Shown here: positions 36,701-51,400 of the stretch, one piece after another
Position numbering within the stretch: position 1 is the stretch's first letter
Layout of the letters: each line of letters starts with the position of its first letter
Position numbers and translations under genes: made by a program
NCBI GenBank assembly: GCA_039096225.1
Contig: JBBPEB010000014.1
Coordinates: 2,170,001-2,234,000 of the forward strand
DNA from: Blastocystis sp. Blastoise
Lineage: Eukaryota > Protista > Bigyra: Opalinata
Length of the DNA stretch: 64,000 nt
Direction: 5' to 3'
The notes under the pieces: generated by a model
What the model was told of the DNA's origin: nothing
Databases searched by the model: none
What the model saw: only the letters and a program-made list of their open reading frames with translations

Positions 36701-39700
36701 ATAGATTTGTGGATATCATTGAAGTTTTTGAATTTAATGATATTCCATTCATAGTATTATTAGTATTACTATTAGTATCATTCATATTATTATTAGTATT
36801 AACATTACTATTATCAATATTAGTATTATTATTATTAGCATCAGTATTATAATTACTATTATTACTAATATCAGTATTACTAATAATAGTATTCATTGGA
36901 TAAGAAGAAGAAAGAGATGGTGTTGATAGAATAGATGTATTAGAATAAATATTATTTGTATTCATATTATTGTTATTTCTATTTATTATAGAATTTTGTA
37001 TATAATTTGATGACACATTTATATTATTCATTGTATTCATATTGATATCTATAGTATTATTAGTATTAATCATATTAGTATTAATATTATTACTATTATT
37101 ATTATGTAAACAATTTTTACATATATAATTTTTATTATCAAAATTCTAATTTAAACATATCTTCAGAAGATAATTCAGTACATGATTTATGAACCCATCT
37201 TTCACATTTTTCACATAAATACATATTTTGATCATTTTCATTCCATTCTTTATTACATATAGGACATATTTTAAATAATGGCTCATTTAAAGCACAATTA
37301 GTACAATAATTACGTTTAATTGAATAAGAAAACGGTAGATTTTGTTGATGACATTGATTACAATGATAACATGTATAACAATACCATGTATCTTTAGGTA
37401 ATTGTAATAATGGTGGATTTAAACATTTCATATGATATGTTTTCTTACAATAATCACAACTAATAATATCTTGATCTTCTAATAATATATTATTATTATT
37501 AGTATTATTAGCATTATTAGTATTATTTATAGAATGATTAGAAGGTGAAGATAAAGGTGTTGAAGAAGAAGATTGTAATGATGATGATTTATAATGATTT
37601 GATATTGATTTATTCATTTCTGAAGGATATATATGTATATTATTATTATTCACATTATTATTATTATTATTCACATTATGATTATTATCATTCATATCTT
37701 CAATATTATGATTATTATTAATATTAGGTATAGTATTATTACTTTGTGTATGAATATTTAATCCACAATGTTCACAAATACAACAATATTTACATCTCCA
37801 AGTTGTTCTTAATAAATCATTAATAACAATACGGGGTACTAAACAATTAGCATGATAACATTCACCACAATCAATACAAAATAACATTTTATCTATATCA
37901 CCTGTACTACCACATATTATACACATATCTCTACATAATATACTTTTATATTTATCTTGTATACTTACTTTAGTTATATCTAATGGTTCTATATAAGGTA
38001 ATAATGTTTTAGGTGCTAATTTTCCTATTTCATCTTTTACTTTTTCTAATTGATGTTGACGTTCACTAGCTATATGTGAATTTGTTTGTGCAGTTAAAGA
38101 TGCTGATGGACCATTTATTTGTTCTAAACGTTTATTTTGGATATTTATTATTTCTTTTTCATATATACCAGAAGTAATATTATGACATAATTGTATAAAT
38201 ATTTGTTTTCCTTCTTTATAAAAATCATCAGTTGCATTCCAAATATTATCTTCAGGATTATTATATTTATAACTATTTAAACATATTAATTCAAAATCAT
38301 TATAAAATAATTGTATAGATGCATATTCTTTTTGTTTTATCTTTTCATTCATTATATCTAAACACATAGCATTTGATTTTGATATTACTTTATAATAATC
38401 AGGTGCAAAATTCTCTTCAACTTGTTTTGTAAATAAATGTTTTATATCAATTCTTAATAATTCTTTATGTAAATCTATCATTTTCTTTCTTCTACAACGA
38501 CTACATAAATAATTATCATAAAAACTCTTTGAAGTTGTTATACTATTTTCTTTTTTACTATTACCAGTTCTTATAGATAAAGTATCATTTCCATCTTTAT
38601 CTTCTATTTCTCTTTCTCCTTCTATTTCTCCTTCTATTATAGTATCTTCTTCTTCTTGCTGATGATGATGTCTATTTTCACGTTCTTTATTCATATATCT
38701 TCTTACACATTTACTTTCACATGATTCATGTATATACATACCACATTCTTGGCATAATAACATATCTTTTGTATTTATATATGTTTTACGACATATACTA
38801 CAATAATGATTCGTATTATATAATAATAAACATTTATCACAACATATTATTTGCTTTTCATTTATTACTATATAATTCCATATATTATGTTTTGTTATAT
38901 ATAAATTACATCCATTACAAACTCTACAACAAAAACAATAATATTTATGTTTTTCTTCATTATAATTATGTTTTGAATCAGGATCACATTCTAAATGTAT
39001 ATATAAATTACATTTTGAACATTGTAATAATGGATTTGTTAATGTTGATATATTTGATAAACAACATATACAATAAGTAGAATCTTGAGGTAATATTTTT
39101 ATTAATTCTTGTGAATGATATTGAGTTAATGGAGAAGATGATGTTAATTAACTATATATATATAGTATATTGATAAATAATATAAAAAATTTAAATCATA
39201 TATATATAATGAGAACTAATTATATGAATAATAAAATAGTTTTAAAAAATAAATAAATATAAATTATAATCAAATAATAAAGAAAAATATTATTAAAAAT
39301 ATATATAATAAACTTAATATAATAAATAAATATCATAATATATATACTTATAAATAGTTTTCCATCGAATAACATCTCTATCATTTAATAAATACCAACC
39401 ACTTTTTATTTCTTCTTTATAAAACTTGACATAATGTTTACCTGTATTTGCATTAAAGCACGTGAGATAACCTTTTTCCCAATCTCCAAATGGATATTTA
39501 TTTATATAAATATATATATAAATAGATGTATATAACCATTCTTTATTACTTCTGATTAATTTTTCAGATATACTACTAAATGGTTCTTGACTTTTCTGAA
39601 TAATTTTAGGTACTAATTCTAATTCTTCATTTATATGTTCTGTATTTTCTACAGATAATGTATAATAAACAGATAAATGTTCACGTTTTGAAGTAAATAT

Positions 39701-39912
39701 AGTAACATTATTTATAGGAATTTGACATAATTTATTATCAATTAAATCATATATCTGTATAATATTCTGTTTATCAATATTTGTCATACTTTCATCTTTA
39801 TTATATGTTCTTATTATTTGACCAATATGCCATATTTCTTTATAAGGAGTATTATTAGGAATATTCTCTATATTAGTAGTAGTAGTAGTAGTTGTTGTAA
39901 TAATCATATCAC

Positions 39913-39946
<34 letters not shown>

Positions 39947-42900
39947 ATTATTATTAATATTATTATTATCAGCAATAACATTACTATTATTATTATTATT
40001 AATAACATTATTATTATCAACAATAACATTACTATTATTATCAATAATATCATTATTATTATTAATATTACTATTATTACTATTTGAAACACTACAAACA
40101 TTAGATTCCATGGAAACATGAGTAGTTGATAGAGAAGGCGATATAATCGCGGGAATAATGCTTTCTTGAGTAGATGTAGTGATTGAATCTTTGGTATTAA
40201 ATATATCTATATCTTTATTATTATCATAATCATTATTCTTATTCATATCATTATCATTCATATTAGAATTACAATGAATTTCATTATTTTTATTAATTTC
40301 ATCATATATACCAGAATCATGAATCGAGTCATCAAGTATTTTGTCATGAATATCAATATTTTCATTATTATTATCATTATTTCCTTTTTTATTTTCATTA
40401 TTATTATTTAAAATGCCTTCAATTGTTTTAAACCATACAATTCCACCATAAACATTACATTCTCTTCTTTCTAAACACATCCAATAACCTTCACCATCTT
40501 CAAATAATACATAATATAATAATAAATCTTGTAAATAATATAATATACGTCCTCTTAATGATGTTTCTTGTATTGTATCATATATATTCATAGAACAACC
40601 TATTAAATCTTTTCCTAATAATAATATTTCTCCATCTTGTACTAAACTATGTTGAATCATATCTTGAGTATATATATAAGAATATATAGAAGAATCTGAT
40701 AATATTGATGATGTATATATAGTATTTGTATTTATAGGCATAGTTATAGTATCGGAAATTATATTTATATTATTATTAGTAGTAGAATTATTATTATTAT
40801 TATTTATATCTGATACTTTTGTATTATTAATAGATTCCATAGAAATAGCAGTAGGAGTTGAAATAGATCGAATAGAATCTGTAGAAACAGATATATCTTT
40901 ATTTATTGATAAATTTATATTATTATTATTATTAGTTGTATTATTATTATTAGAAACAGAAGGAATAGATGTATTTATATTCATATTACTATTATTATTA
41001 TTATTAGTTGTATTATTCGTGGCAATTGTTGAATTCGGACTATATATACTTCCTTTTCTTGATATAAATACATTAGTCTCTTTTTGATTCTCCAACGATA
41101 TAGAAATATTCAAATCATTTTTAAGATCTTTTGTATCTAATTCGTGTTTATCTGGGGTACGACAAGGAGATAACGTGATTAAGGGGGATTTTGGAGCACA
41201 AACACGTGATATATATGTAGGCAATACAGGCTTAATAGACACTTGTGTAGAAGTAGTAGTAGTAGTAGTATTATTATTATTATTTGATATTATATCTATT
41301 GATGAAAGATTATTATTATCAGATAAATCTTTATTATTATTAGAAAAATCTTTATTATTATCAGATAAATCTTTATTATTATTATCAGATAAATCTTTAT
41401 TATTATCAGATAAATCTTTATTGTTATTATTAGTTTCTACAGGAAGAGTATGTTTTTCAGAATTAGAATCCAATTCAGTTTGTTTCTCAATTTTATTATT
41501 ATCATTATTAATATTATCATTATTATTATTAGAATTAGATGTCTCTTCATGAATATCAATATCTACAGAATCTATACCATTCACTAAATTATGATTATTA
41601 GATAAATCTTTATTATTATGATTATCTATGGACATTGAATGTATTAATTCTGATAAATTAGGTGATCTATTATTATTATTATTATTCTCTATATCATCAT
41701 GTATATAAATAGAGTTTTTATTATATTTCTTAAGAATATATCGACAAACAGGACATAACCATGTTTTCATATTAGTAGCTGTTACACATCCCTCACCATT
41801 CTTCCAATGATATAAAGATACTAAAGGTGATTGAGAAGACATAATATAATGATTTATACATCCATAATGATAAGTCATAGTACAACGAGTACAAGTAATA
41901 ATAAGATGATCTTGATCTATAGAAGGAGATGAAGAAGGAGAAGAAAAAGAATTCGACAAAGATTCTTTTGAATTCTTTATAGAATTCTTTATAGAATTCT
42001 TCATTGAATTCTTCATTGAATTCTTTACAGAATTCTTTACTGAATTCTTTACTGAATTCTTTACTGAATTCTTTACTGAGTTTTGATCTTCTTCATCTGT
42101 TGTAATATTCATATCTATATCTATATCTATATCTATATCTGTTTCTTCTTCATGATTATGATTTGATTTATATAATTCTTTTTCATTTTGATCTTTATAT
42201 TTATATTCTTTTAAACATAATGCACATTCTTCTATATATGTATTATTTAATATACATGTTCTTGGAGGTGGATTAATATAAGGTAATTGTTTTCGTTCTT
42301 CTTTTTCTATATCCATTTCAGATTCATGATCATTCTTTGTATCATTTAATATACCTGATTTATCAATAAATTTATCATTAGGAATATGTTTAGAAGCATT
42401 AGTATTATTATTATTATTATTACTAGTAGTAGTAGTAGATTTATCATTAGCATGATTATTTGATGAATTATTTCCACGGGAATTTGTTGATACTGTATCT
42501 GTTGGTGAGTTTTGATTATTATTATTTGAATTATTATTATTATTATTCTTATTATTACCATTAGTATTATTATTATTAGTTTCATTTGATAAATCCATAG
42601 AATGATATTCTTCAAATAATCGTGAATTTTTATGAGTAGATCCTTCTAAATCTAATAATGTTTTACCATCTATAGAAGATAATGGTTTATTAATATGAAT
42701 AGAATTATTCTTTATAGAATTATTTATAGTAGAACTCTTTATACTATCTTCTTTAGATTTACTTACAGAAGAATAATCACTTTTAATACTTGATTTTCTC
42801 TTTAAAGATTCTTTAGAAATACTATTCCTTCTGTGTTTCACATAATCATCAGAACTATCATCATCATTATTACGACGTTTATTCTTTTTTAATTTCATAT

Positions 42901-43797
42901 TTATACCTTTACGTTTATATTTATCTAAATCATTTCCATCTATATTATAAGTAGGATCATAATTATGACGTGAAATAGAATGATAATTTTCTTTTTTATC
43001 ATTTTTATCATTATCAATTTCAAATGTTTCATCATTTTCATTTTCACTTTGATTATCACTATCATCATAATGATAGAATGAACCTCTTCCTCTTCCTCTT
43101 CCTCTACCTCTTCCTCTTCCATGTGATCGTAATTTACCACGACCACGGCCACGGCCACGAATAATAGGATTTGATACTCTATCGGTATCTGTTATTATAC
43201 TTGTAGTATCATCATCATTATCATTATCTTCTTTTTCTTCTTCTTCTTCTCTTTCTTTTATTTCTTCTTCTTCTTCATCATCATCTTCTTCTTTTCTTTC
43301 TTCTTTTGTGTCTTTTTCTTTATGTTTTTCTTCTTTTTGTTCTTTTTGCTTTTTTTTCTTCTTGTATACTATCTTCTTTTCTTTCTTTTTCCTCTTCTTG
43401 TATAGTATTTATATTTGAATAATCAATACTATGATTTCTATTATTCATATAACTCATATCATTTATACTATCTTTAGAAGAATCACGAATAGTATTACCT
43501 TTAACAGAAGAATTATTCTTATTATTTGATATATCTTTTGAATTATTTATATTTTTATCTTGAGATGAAGAAGATGAAGAATTAGAAATATTTGATTCTT
43601 TACGATGTTTATTTGAATGTATATTATTATTATTTATAGAAATAGAATTATCTTTAAGAGAGAGATTCGATTCATCTGTTTCTTTATTATTTTTATCTTT
43701 ATTCATATTACTTATATTTGATCTATTTATATCAATCTTATTTATCTTCTTAGAGTTTATATGTTGATTATTTAGTCTAGAACTATCTCTTTTAGAT
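33720..43797 (-). pseudogene. KMT2/MLL (trithorax-related)-like PHD-finger + bromodomain gene, disrupted, with no SET domain visible
   Basis: RGRG repeats; several PHD fingers; bromodomain (HLFTKQV...APDYYKVI...MCLDIM..KI...Y...F..DFELICLNSYKYN); KMT2C/D-like PHD cluster (DMCIICGS...CIDCGECYH..C...WRC..C..CEHCG...CDYCKKTYHMKCLNPPL...W.C..C...CPIC...CEKCERWVH..C). Lesions: +1 base at 43350-43357, in-frame TAA at 39148-39150, +1 base at 37140-37143, and many stops/indels below ~35250. Confidence 0.7.
41965..42080 (-). repeat. 12-bp coding tandem repeat (KNSV/KNSM/KNSI)
   Basis: About 9-10 units of gaattcttt(ac/at)(t/a) type on the + strand; a second coding repeat (KDLSDNN) lies at ~41310-41425. 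Confidence 0.9.
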
Positions 43798-43890
43798 CTA
43801 TATATAAAATATTTTTAGAAAATAAAAAAATTATTAATAATTATAGGGTAATTTATTAATTTTTTTAAGAATACCCGTAATAAATAATCA

Positions 43891-43942
<52 letters not shown>

Positions 43943-45385
43943 TAATATATAATAATAATAATATTAATAATAATTTCTATCTATATACCGTTTAATCTTT
44001 AACAGGACTTAACTAACAATTTGATGTATGAATAGACAACAAAACCTATCATTCTATATAATATAAATTATAATTAATATAAATTGTATACAATTTAAAA
44101 TAAGCCAATATTAAAAACATATTTATATTTAGTAATTGAAAAAAAAAGTAATGAATAGAAAAACAAATAATACATTTATATACTTTTTATAGCATGGCAA
44201 GTTGTTTCTTGAAAGCGTTGGAATAAGAACAAGGAAATAATCTAAAAGAATTAAAAACAAAATGTAAAAAAATACCTTGTTAAACAAAAGTAGCAGCAAC
44301 TCTATTGATTAAATTTTTAAGGTTGACCAAGGAGACAGTCTGATACGAAGAGGGACTCCAGAATGGAAAACCTAAAAGAATTATGAAAATAAATATAAAA
44401 TATTTAATAAATAAATACTGACACAATACATTCTTGTCTTCTAAACATACATAAACACTGTGAGAGGCTCTAATTCCTCTTAGAGACAATAAAATAAAAA
44501 TAATTATAAATTCACTAATAAATTCAAATGTTCAAGTGAAATACAAAATTTTTCATGAAAATACCTTTCTTTAATTTTTTTAATTTTTTATGACTCGCTA
44601 TCATATTTATAAGTTATGACACGTTTCACACTACACCATCTATACAATACTACTGCATCCCACACTTTTAACCTTTAAAAAATAACTCATTTTTGTTGAC
44701 TCTCTGATCTGTTGACTAACTCGTCCAAAAACTATTAATTATAACTTAAAACGTCCATTCGTTGATGAATTAACTCTAAAAATGACTTAAAAAAGACTTT
44801 TAGTTGATTCTGAAAAAAAAACTCTTTATTTATAAGCTTTGACATACTATTTGTATGCGGAACTTAATGTCATGATAGAATAAAATGAAAAACCTTTTTT
44901 AAAACACTTGTGTCCTCTGATATTCAATAAAATATAAATAGACTCAGTTTTGAACGAGAAAAATATTCCCGTAAATATTTTAAAAATTGAAAACTCTGGT
45001 CTGATTGCCCATGGAACAAATAGGCTCGGCTCAATTTTTCACTGTAAAAAAAATATAAATTTTTGACTTTTTGGCTGAATTTTGGTTTTGACCCATAGAG
45101 GTCTTTTTATTCACTTTTACACATACTTGTGACTTTCAGAGGGTCTAAACTTTAAACAGAGCAACAAGAGGTTTTAAAATATTGACCCCATTATTTGTCG
45201 GAATTACGACTTAAAACAAAAGAAAAGCGTTTTTGATATTGTGCGACCCTCTGTAAACAAAAATTAATGTCAATTCTTTGTTAAAATATGTCAAATAGGG
45301 TCTTTGAGTCTAAATCAAAAGTCGACTTAAAATTTTTATGAAAATTTTATTTTTTTTGCCTAAGTCTTTTTTTTATTCAAATTTT

Positions 45386-45421
45386 ATTGGCTGAATAAGT
45401 TTTGAACGAAAATTAGCCAAT
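45386..45421. promoter_or_regulatory. Inverted pair of CCAAT boxes in the divergent intergenic region
   Basis: ATTGGCT at 45386 and AGCCAAT at 45415. Confidence 0.35.
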
Positions 45422-45444
45422 CAAAAACCTTCAAAAACTCAAAA

Positions 45445-48400
45445 GTGCCTACCAGTGAATTTGATAATATTGCGAATCTGTTGGTATATATTTTTTATAT
45501 TTATTACATCTATTTTTATCTTCTTTACTAAGCATCTTTTATTCAACGTTTTTCTTTTTTAGAAGGAATTTTTGAAAAATGAACTCTACGAGAGAGATAT
45601 AAACGCTTTTTCTAAATTAGTGAACGCTCTTGTTGAAGTGATCTTCTCATCAAAATTCTCGTATGAATATCCTTTTTAATCTTATTTAATATATATTTAT
45701 AGAAATCAAATGATAAGTGTATCTTTTGATATCTTAGACTCTTTACAAGTTTATTATGGTCCAGAACTTGATGTATATATATATTAATATTATATATATA
45801 TATATCTTATACCTATCGCTATTCTTTTTGTAGATTCATTTGAATCTAAAAGAAATATTGAATTTTTATATACATATAAATAATTATGATATAAATAATA
45901 GTACTGTTTCTTATGGTAAAGAACAATATTTGAATGTGAATCGAATGCAACATGTATATATATATATATATGTATATATAATGTTTATTATTTATTTTAG
46001 TTTACTCGTTACATTAAAAATGAAACATTTGATGCCATTGTTCCTGAATTAATCACGATTATTGAAGACTCTACAACAGAGAATAAACTATTCCCCGCGA
46101 TTCTTTTTATTGCTAGTTTTATGCCAGATCATTATTGGCATCAAAAATTATTTGAATTGTATATATGTATAGGTTATATAATAATAAAATTGAAGTTTTT
46201 TTTATAAATAGTATTATTTAATAAATTATTATTATATATAGGATTTTAAATAAATTTTATAATCATCAATATATATTTATTCGATGTGTATATATGGAAG
46301 TATTATCTGACATAATAGATACATATATAATTAAAGATCCTAATATATCTCCTCTCTCTTCTCTTCCTAAAGATACACTTCAAGAGAGTTTTCCTATGTA
46401 TATGTATATAGAGGATATATATTCATGCTTACAAGAAGTATTATTTGAAGATTCACAAAAACATCCTAATAATATTTGGAATATAAATGAGGAAGACAAA
46501 TCAATCGAGCTTTATAGTGTATATAAATAATATATATATATATACATATAGGGTTATATTTCTTCTATATGTGAATTAATCTATATACAATCACCTGATG
46601 ACCCTTATTATGGATATAATCGTTTCATTGTATTTATATATATAGAAACTATATTATACATAGCAAATAACATATATATATAGGAATTTATAAATTTCAT
46701 GATTCCTATGTCATTAAAAAAAGGAGATGAAAAGAATATTCAATTAATATACATATTATTTACTCTATATAATTATCTTGTTCAACACGAAATATTAAAT
46801 ACTGAGAATTTTATTAACAATCATTTATCTAAAGAACAACATAATGTAATTGTTCATCTATTCATAGACACTTGGATGACTGTATATATATATTTAATAT
46901 TATTTATAAGACAAAAAATAATAAAAATATCTATAATTAAATAATTATTTATTTATAGATGTTTTATAATCAACCAGAATTACCTGATTTAGCTTATACT
47001 TCTATTTCAGGTTTAACTTCTCTCGATCCTCTATATATATGTAATCAATTCTTTTCTATTTATAATACTGTGATGAATCAAGAAAAGAAAGATGATAAAA
47101 TAGTATTTATTTATATATATATTCTTATGGTTTTCTATAACAAGTATATATAACATTAATATTATATGTATATAGATTATTGGATTACTTACACTTTTCG
47201 GTGATATTTGTAGTTATCTATTCCCTGTTATATCTTTAAGAACACAGCTTTATCCATTTACTTTATCTTTAATAAATTATATAGATATTAATAATCTTGA
47301 AATTTCAGCTTCTGTATTAACTATTATATATAATATTTTTACTCTGTGTCCTGAACTACCTGGTATATATTTATATTTATAATATTATACTATATATGTA
47401 TATAGACAGAACTTGTATATTTGTATCTCTTGATGAACGAAAAGAATGGATTATGTCTGTATATATAATATATCACAGTATTCTATTATAAATATATATA
47501 TATAGTGTGTCAAACAGATTTGTCGTTTTTACATTCGAGGAATGACCTCTAATATATTAAAATTATCTATATTATGTCAACGTCTAATTACATTTTTAAC
47601 AAAAACAGACATTAATATTATTTCTAAGTCTATTTTTGAGTATATATTATATATATATTACTAAGCAATTAATTTATATATTTTTTGATTTATTCTATAA
47701 TCTATTTTTTATTCCATAAATATAAAAAATATTATTTATATAGTGATATTGACACGATTTCTGAGATAAAAACAGTTGATGATTTTAAAGTATCTGAAGT
47801 ATTCTTTAAATACATATATTCTGTCTATCCTGAAGTTTATATTCATTATATTAAAGAGAAGATAGAAGCAGTAGATATTCTTTTTAAAGATATAAATCCA
47901 TTAGTTATTTCTTCAAATCAAATTCATAAACTTATTAAGAAATATACTAATAATATTAATACCATGTTTACAGCAGTATTCTTCTTTCATCAGTATATAT
48001 TTATTATTTAATATGTATTATTTAATATGTATATTAATTAATATATATTTTTTATATATTATTCTATATATATTATTCTATATATAGAATAGATCTTCCA
48101 GATTCTCTAATAGATTCTCTTCTTCATATATTTCTATGTATATTATCAAGTGGTTATGAGGATTATACTTTTTATATCTTTACATATATTGATAAATTTA
48201 TATATAAATTAATACCAGAAATTCAATTAAATAACTATAATTATGAATATCCCAAGGAAATGACATTATATTCAACTACTGATGATAAAGAGAAAGAAGA
48301 AGCTATTCATAAAGCAGCTACATATACTTTTAATCCTACTAATCATAATGTATATATATATAATCATGATTATATTAACTTTAATAATAATTATTATTAC

Positions 48401-51400
48401 ATTTTCCTCTATTCATATATATATAGTTTACTTATGATTCTATTTCAGAGTCTACGATTTATACAATAAAGAGAATGATTCAATTATTTTATGTGGATAT
48501 ATATACATCCATTCTTTCAGATATTAATAATAATTGTATATAAATATATTAATATTATTATAATTCATTTATTTATATTTTATATATATAGCTACAAATA
48601 TAATGGATTGGAAACAAAAAACAAATATCATGTCATCAGTATATATATATATATATATATTTCTTTTTCTTTGTATATGTTTCTATTATATATATATATA
48701 TAGATAAGTTTCATTCTCCCAATAATATTCCCTGTGAATAGTATTTATAATAAATATATATCTAAAGAAATCAATCAACTCCGAGATATCTTTTTTAATG
48801 AAAAACATGTATATATATCATATATATATATATATGTATTGCTTTATATAGATTATATATATAATCAGTTATTTTTATATAAATTCTATATATAGCCAAT
48901 TGAAGTATGTTCTATTATAATAGATTATATTCAAGGAAAAACAATTAATGCACAAATGACTGAATCTATTGGTTTTATTCTGTATATATAGTTCATAAAG
49001 CATTATATACTTATTATATATAATTTATTATAATTTATTCTTTATTAAACATCACATATATATAGTAAGCCCTATTTACAAGAGAATAAATTTGAAGTTA
49101 CTATGCAGTCAACAACTAAATATACTAATCTTGAACAAATGAAGAATATATATCTAGCGTATCATAAACATCGAAAAGAAACAGCTGTTTTTGGAGGAAA
49201 ATATGAATATATAGTTTATATATACAATAAAATTATTGATATTGAATCATTTATGAATGCTCTTAATAGAAATTGTAGTATAAATGAAAAGTATGTTTAT
49301 TTATCATCCTTCAATTATTTATGATTATATTTAATATTATGTTATTCAAAATAATAATAATATAATTTTAATTTATATAGAATCACTCAGTATAATTTTT
49401 CATCTATAATGAATAATATACTTCATCTTCCTATAACAACAGAATTAGGATCACCAATACCTACTTTAGAAACTATAAATATATTAATTAGTCTTTGCTA
49501 TAAATCAGGGTGTGTTCCTTTTTATGTATATATATATTATTAGTTTTATTATAATTATTATTTCTAATTATTACATATTCAATATATATTTATTTTTTTC
49601 AATATAATTAATATAACTAATTACTATTAATAACTATTAACAATATAGATTATTCAAAATATGTTTTGTGATGTTTTGAAAGAAATTAACTCGTGTTCAC
49701 TTTTAAAGAATTATATGTATATATTTATATTTATGTTTTTTATATACATATTATTAATATATATAGTCAAAATATGTCATCTATAAATTTAACAACTTTA
49801 TATACTGTTACTCCTGCTCTTCTTCAATTTATGGCGAATCCATTTGAGAATATAAAGAAACATAGTATATTCAGCTTTATTACTGGTGATAAAGAAAAAA
49901 TAAATGAATCTATTCAACAAACGCAACAATATATTATCAATAATATGTATATAGAATATATATATTTTAAATTAGATTTTGTTAATATTATTTCCAAATA
50001 TTTAAATAATAATATTATTATATAGATTATTCCTTTTCTTATTATTATTATATATAGTGAAGTATTGTTTTCTTCTTCAACAGTAAATGATTCAAATATA
50101 ATTGAGTTTTATAATTATATGTCTTCTCTTTGGGAGAAAGTACCTACATTGACACAAAAACTATTTGTATATTAATATATACTCATTATTTTCTTTATTG
50201 ATATTACTCACTAAAACATAATATAACTCTATTATTTGTTTGTCATATTCTATTCATATATATATAATAGTATATACATCTCTTCGGGTATTTATTAAAT
50301 GTGTCTTCTGTTTCTATTCCTGATTCCCTTATAAATCCTCTTTGTTCTCTCCTTTTCTCTCTTATAAATAAAAAACATCAAGTAGCATCATCTCTCTCAA
50401 TTATTCTTCTTCTTGTTATTCATAGTAAGAGAAATAACTTTTTCATCACTTATATAGAATTCCTAGAACAGAATCAATGTATTCAATTGTTTTTTAATGT
50501 ATGTTATATATGATTAAAATACATATATATGAATATAAATATATTTTTATTATTATATGTGTTTCGTTATTATTACATTTTATTGAATATATATAGTCTT
50601 TATATCAATCCTTTATTTTGGATGACTCTTCTTTAACACCAGATTTAATCTCTTTATCTGGAATTAAAATATTACCTGAATGTACAGTACTACATCCTTT
50701 CTATATGATGGATGAAAACATTATGCCTAGAATGCCTCAAATGAACTATATTGCTCTACTTTTTGTATATATATATTGTTAATTATTATTTTGCTTAAAT
50801 GCATGTAAATAGTATTTTCAATTATTTATATTAAAAATATGCTTATTTTATAAGTTAATATTTTCTTCACTATATAATATATACTATTATTTTACATACC
50901 ACACAATTTTTATTATTATCTTTGAAATACAATTACTCTTTATATATATAGGATGCAATGAAAACTCATAATGATTTATTACTACCTTATATAATCAATG
51001 AGATCTGTAAGAAAATGATTTTATGTGGTATATAAAAATAGATATATATTTATAATTATATTATTTCATAGATGATGATCACACAAAAATTTATTTTTAT
51101 GTTTATGTATTATATTATTCTTGTATAACTTCAATTATGTCTCTTCCTTCTTCTTCTCCTTTCTATGAAAACACACAAGAAATGTCTTTATCTTTAAATG
51201 TTTCATCTGAAATCAATTGTGAAGCTTTTATAACGATATTCACATTCTTAGCGAATATCGATGAAATAGTTTGCTATATAAAGTATATATATATATAAAT
51301 AATATTTTTATATTTGTCTTTTTTTTAATATGTATTTTTATATTTATTTATTGTTGATTCAATAAGAATATTAAACTAATCATTATAATCTATATATAGA

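Noticed and set aside
33720-39150. Reassigned genetic code (TAA read as Gln) to explain in-frame TAAs
   Set aside because: TAA terminates intact genes here (TLDc, PA200-like, DENN), and the in-frame stops are confined to one gene that also has indels.
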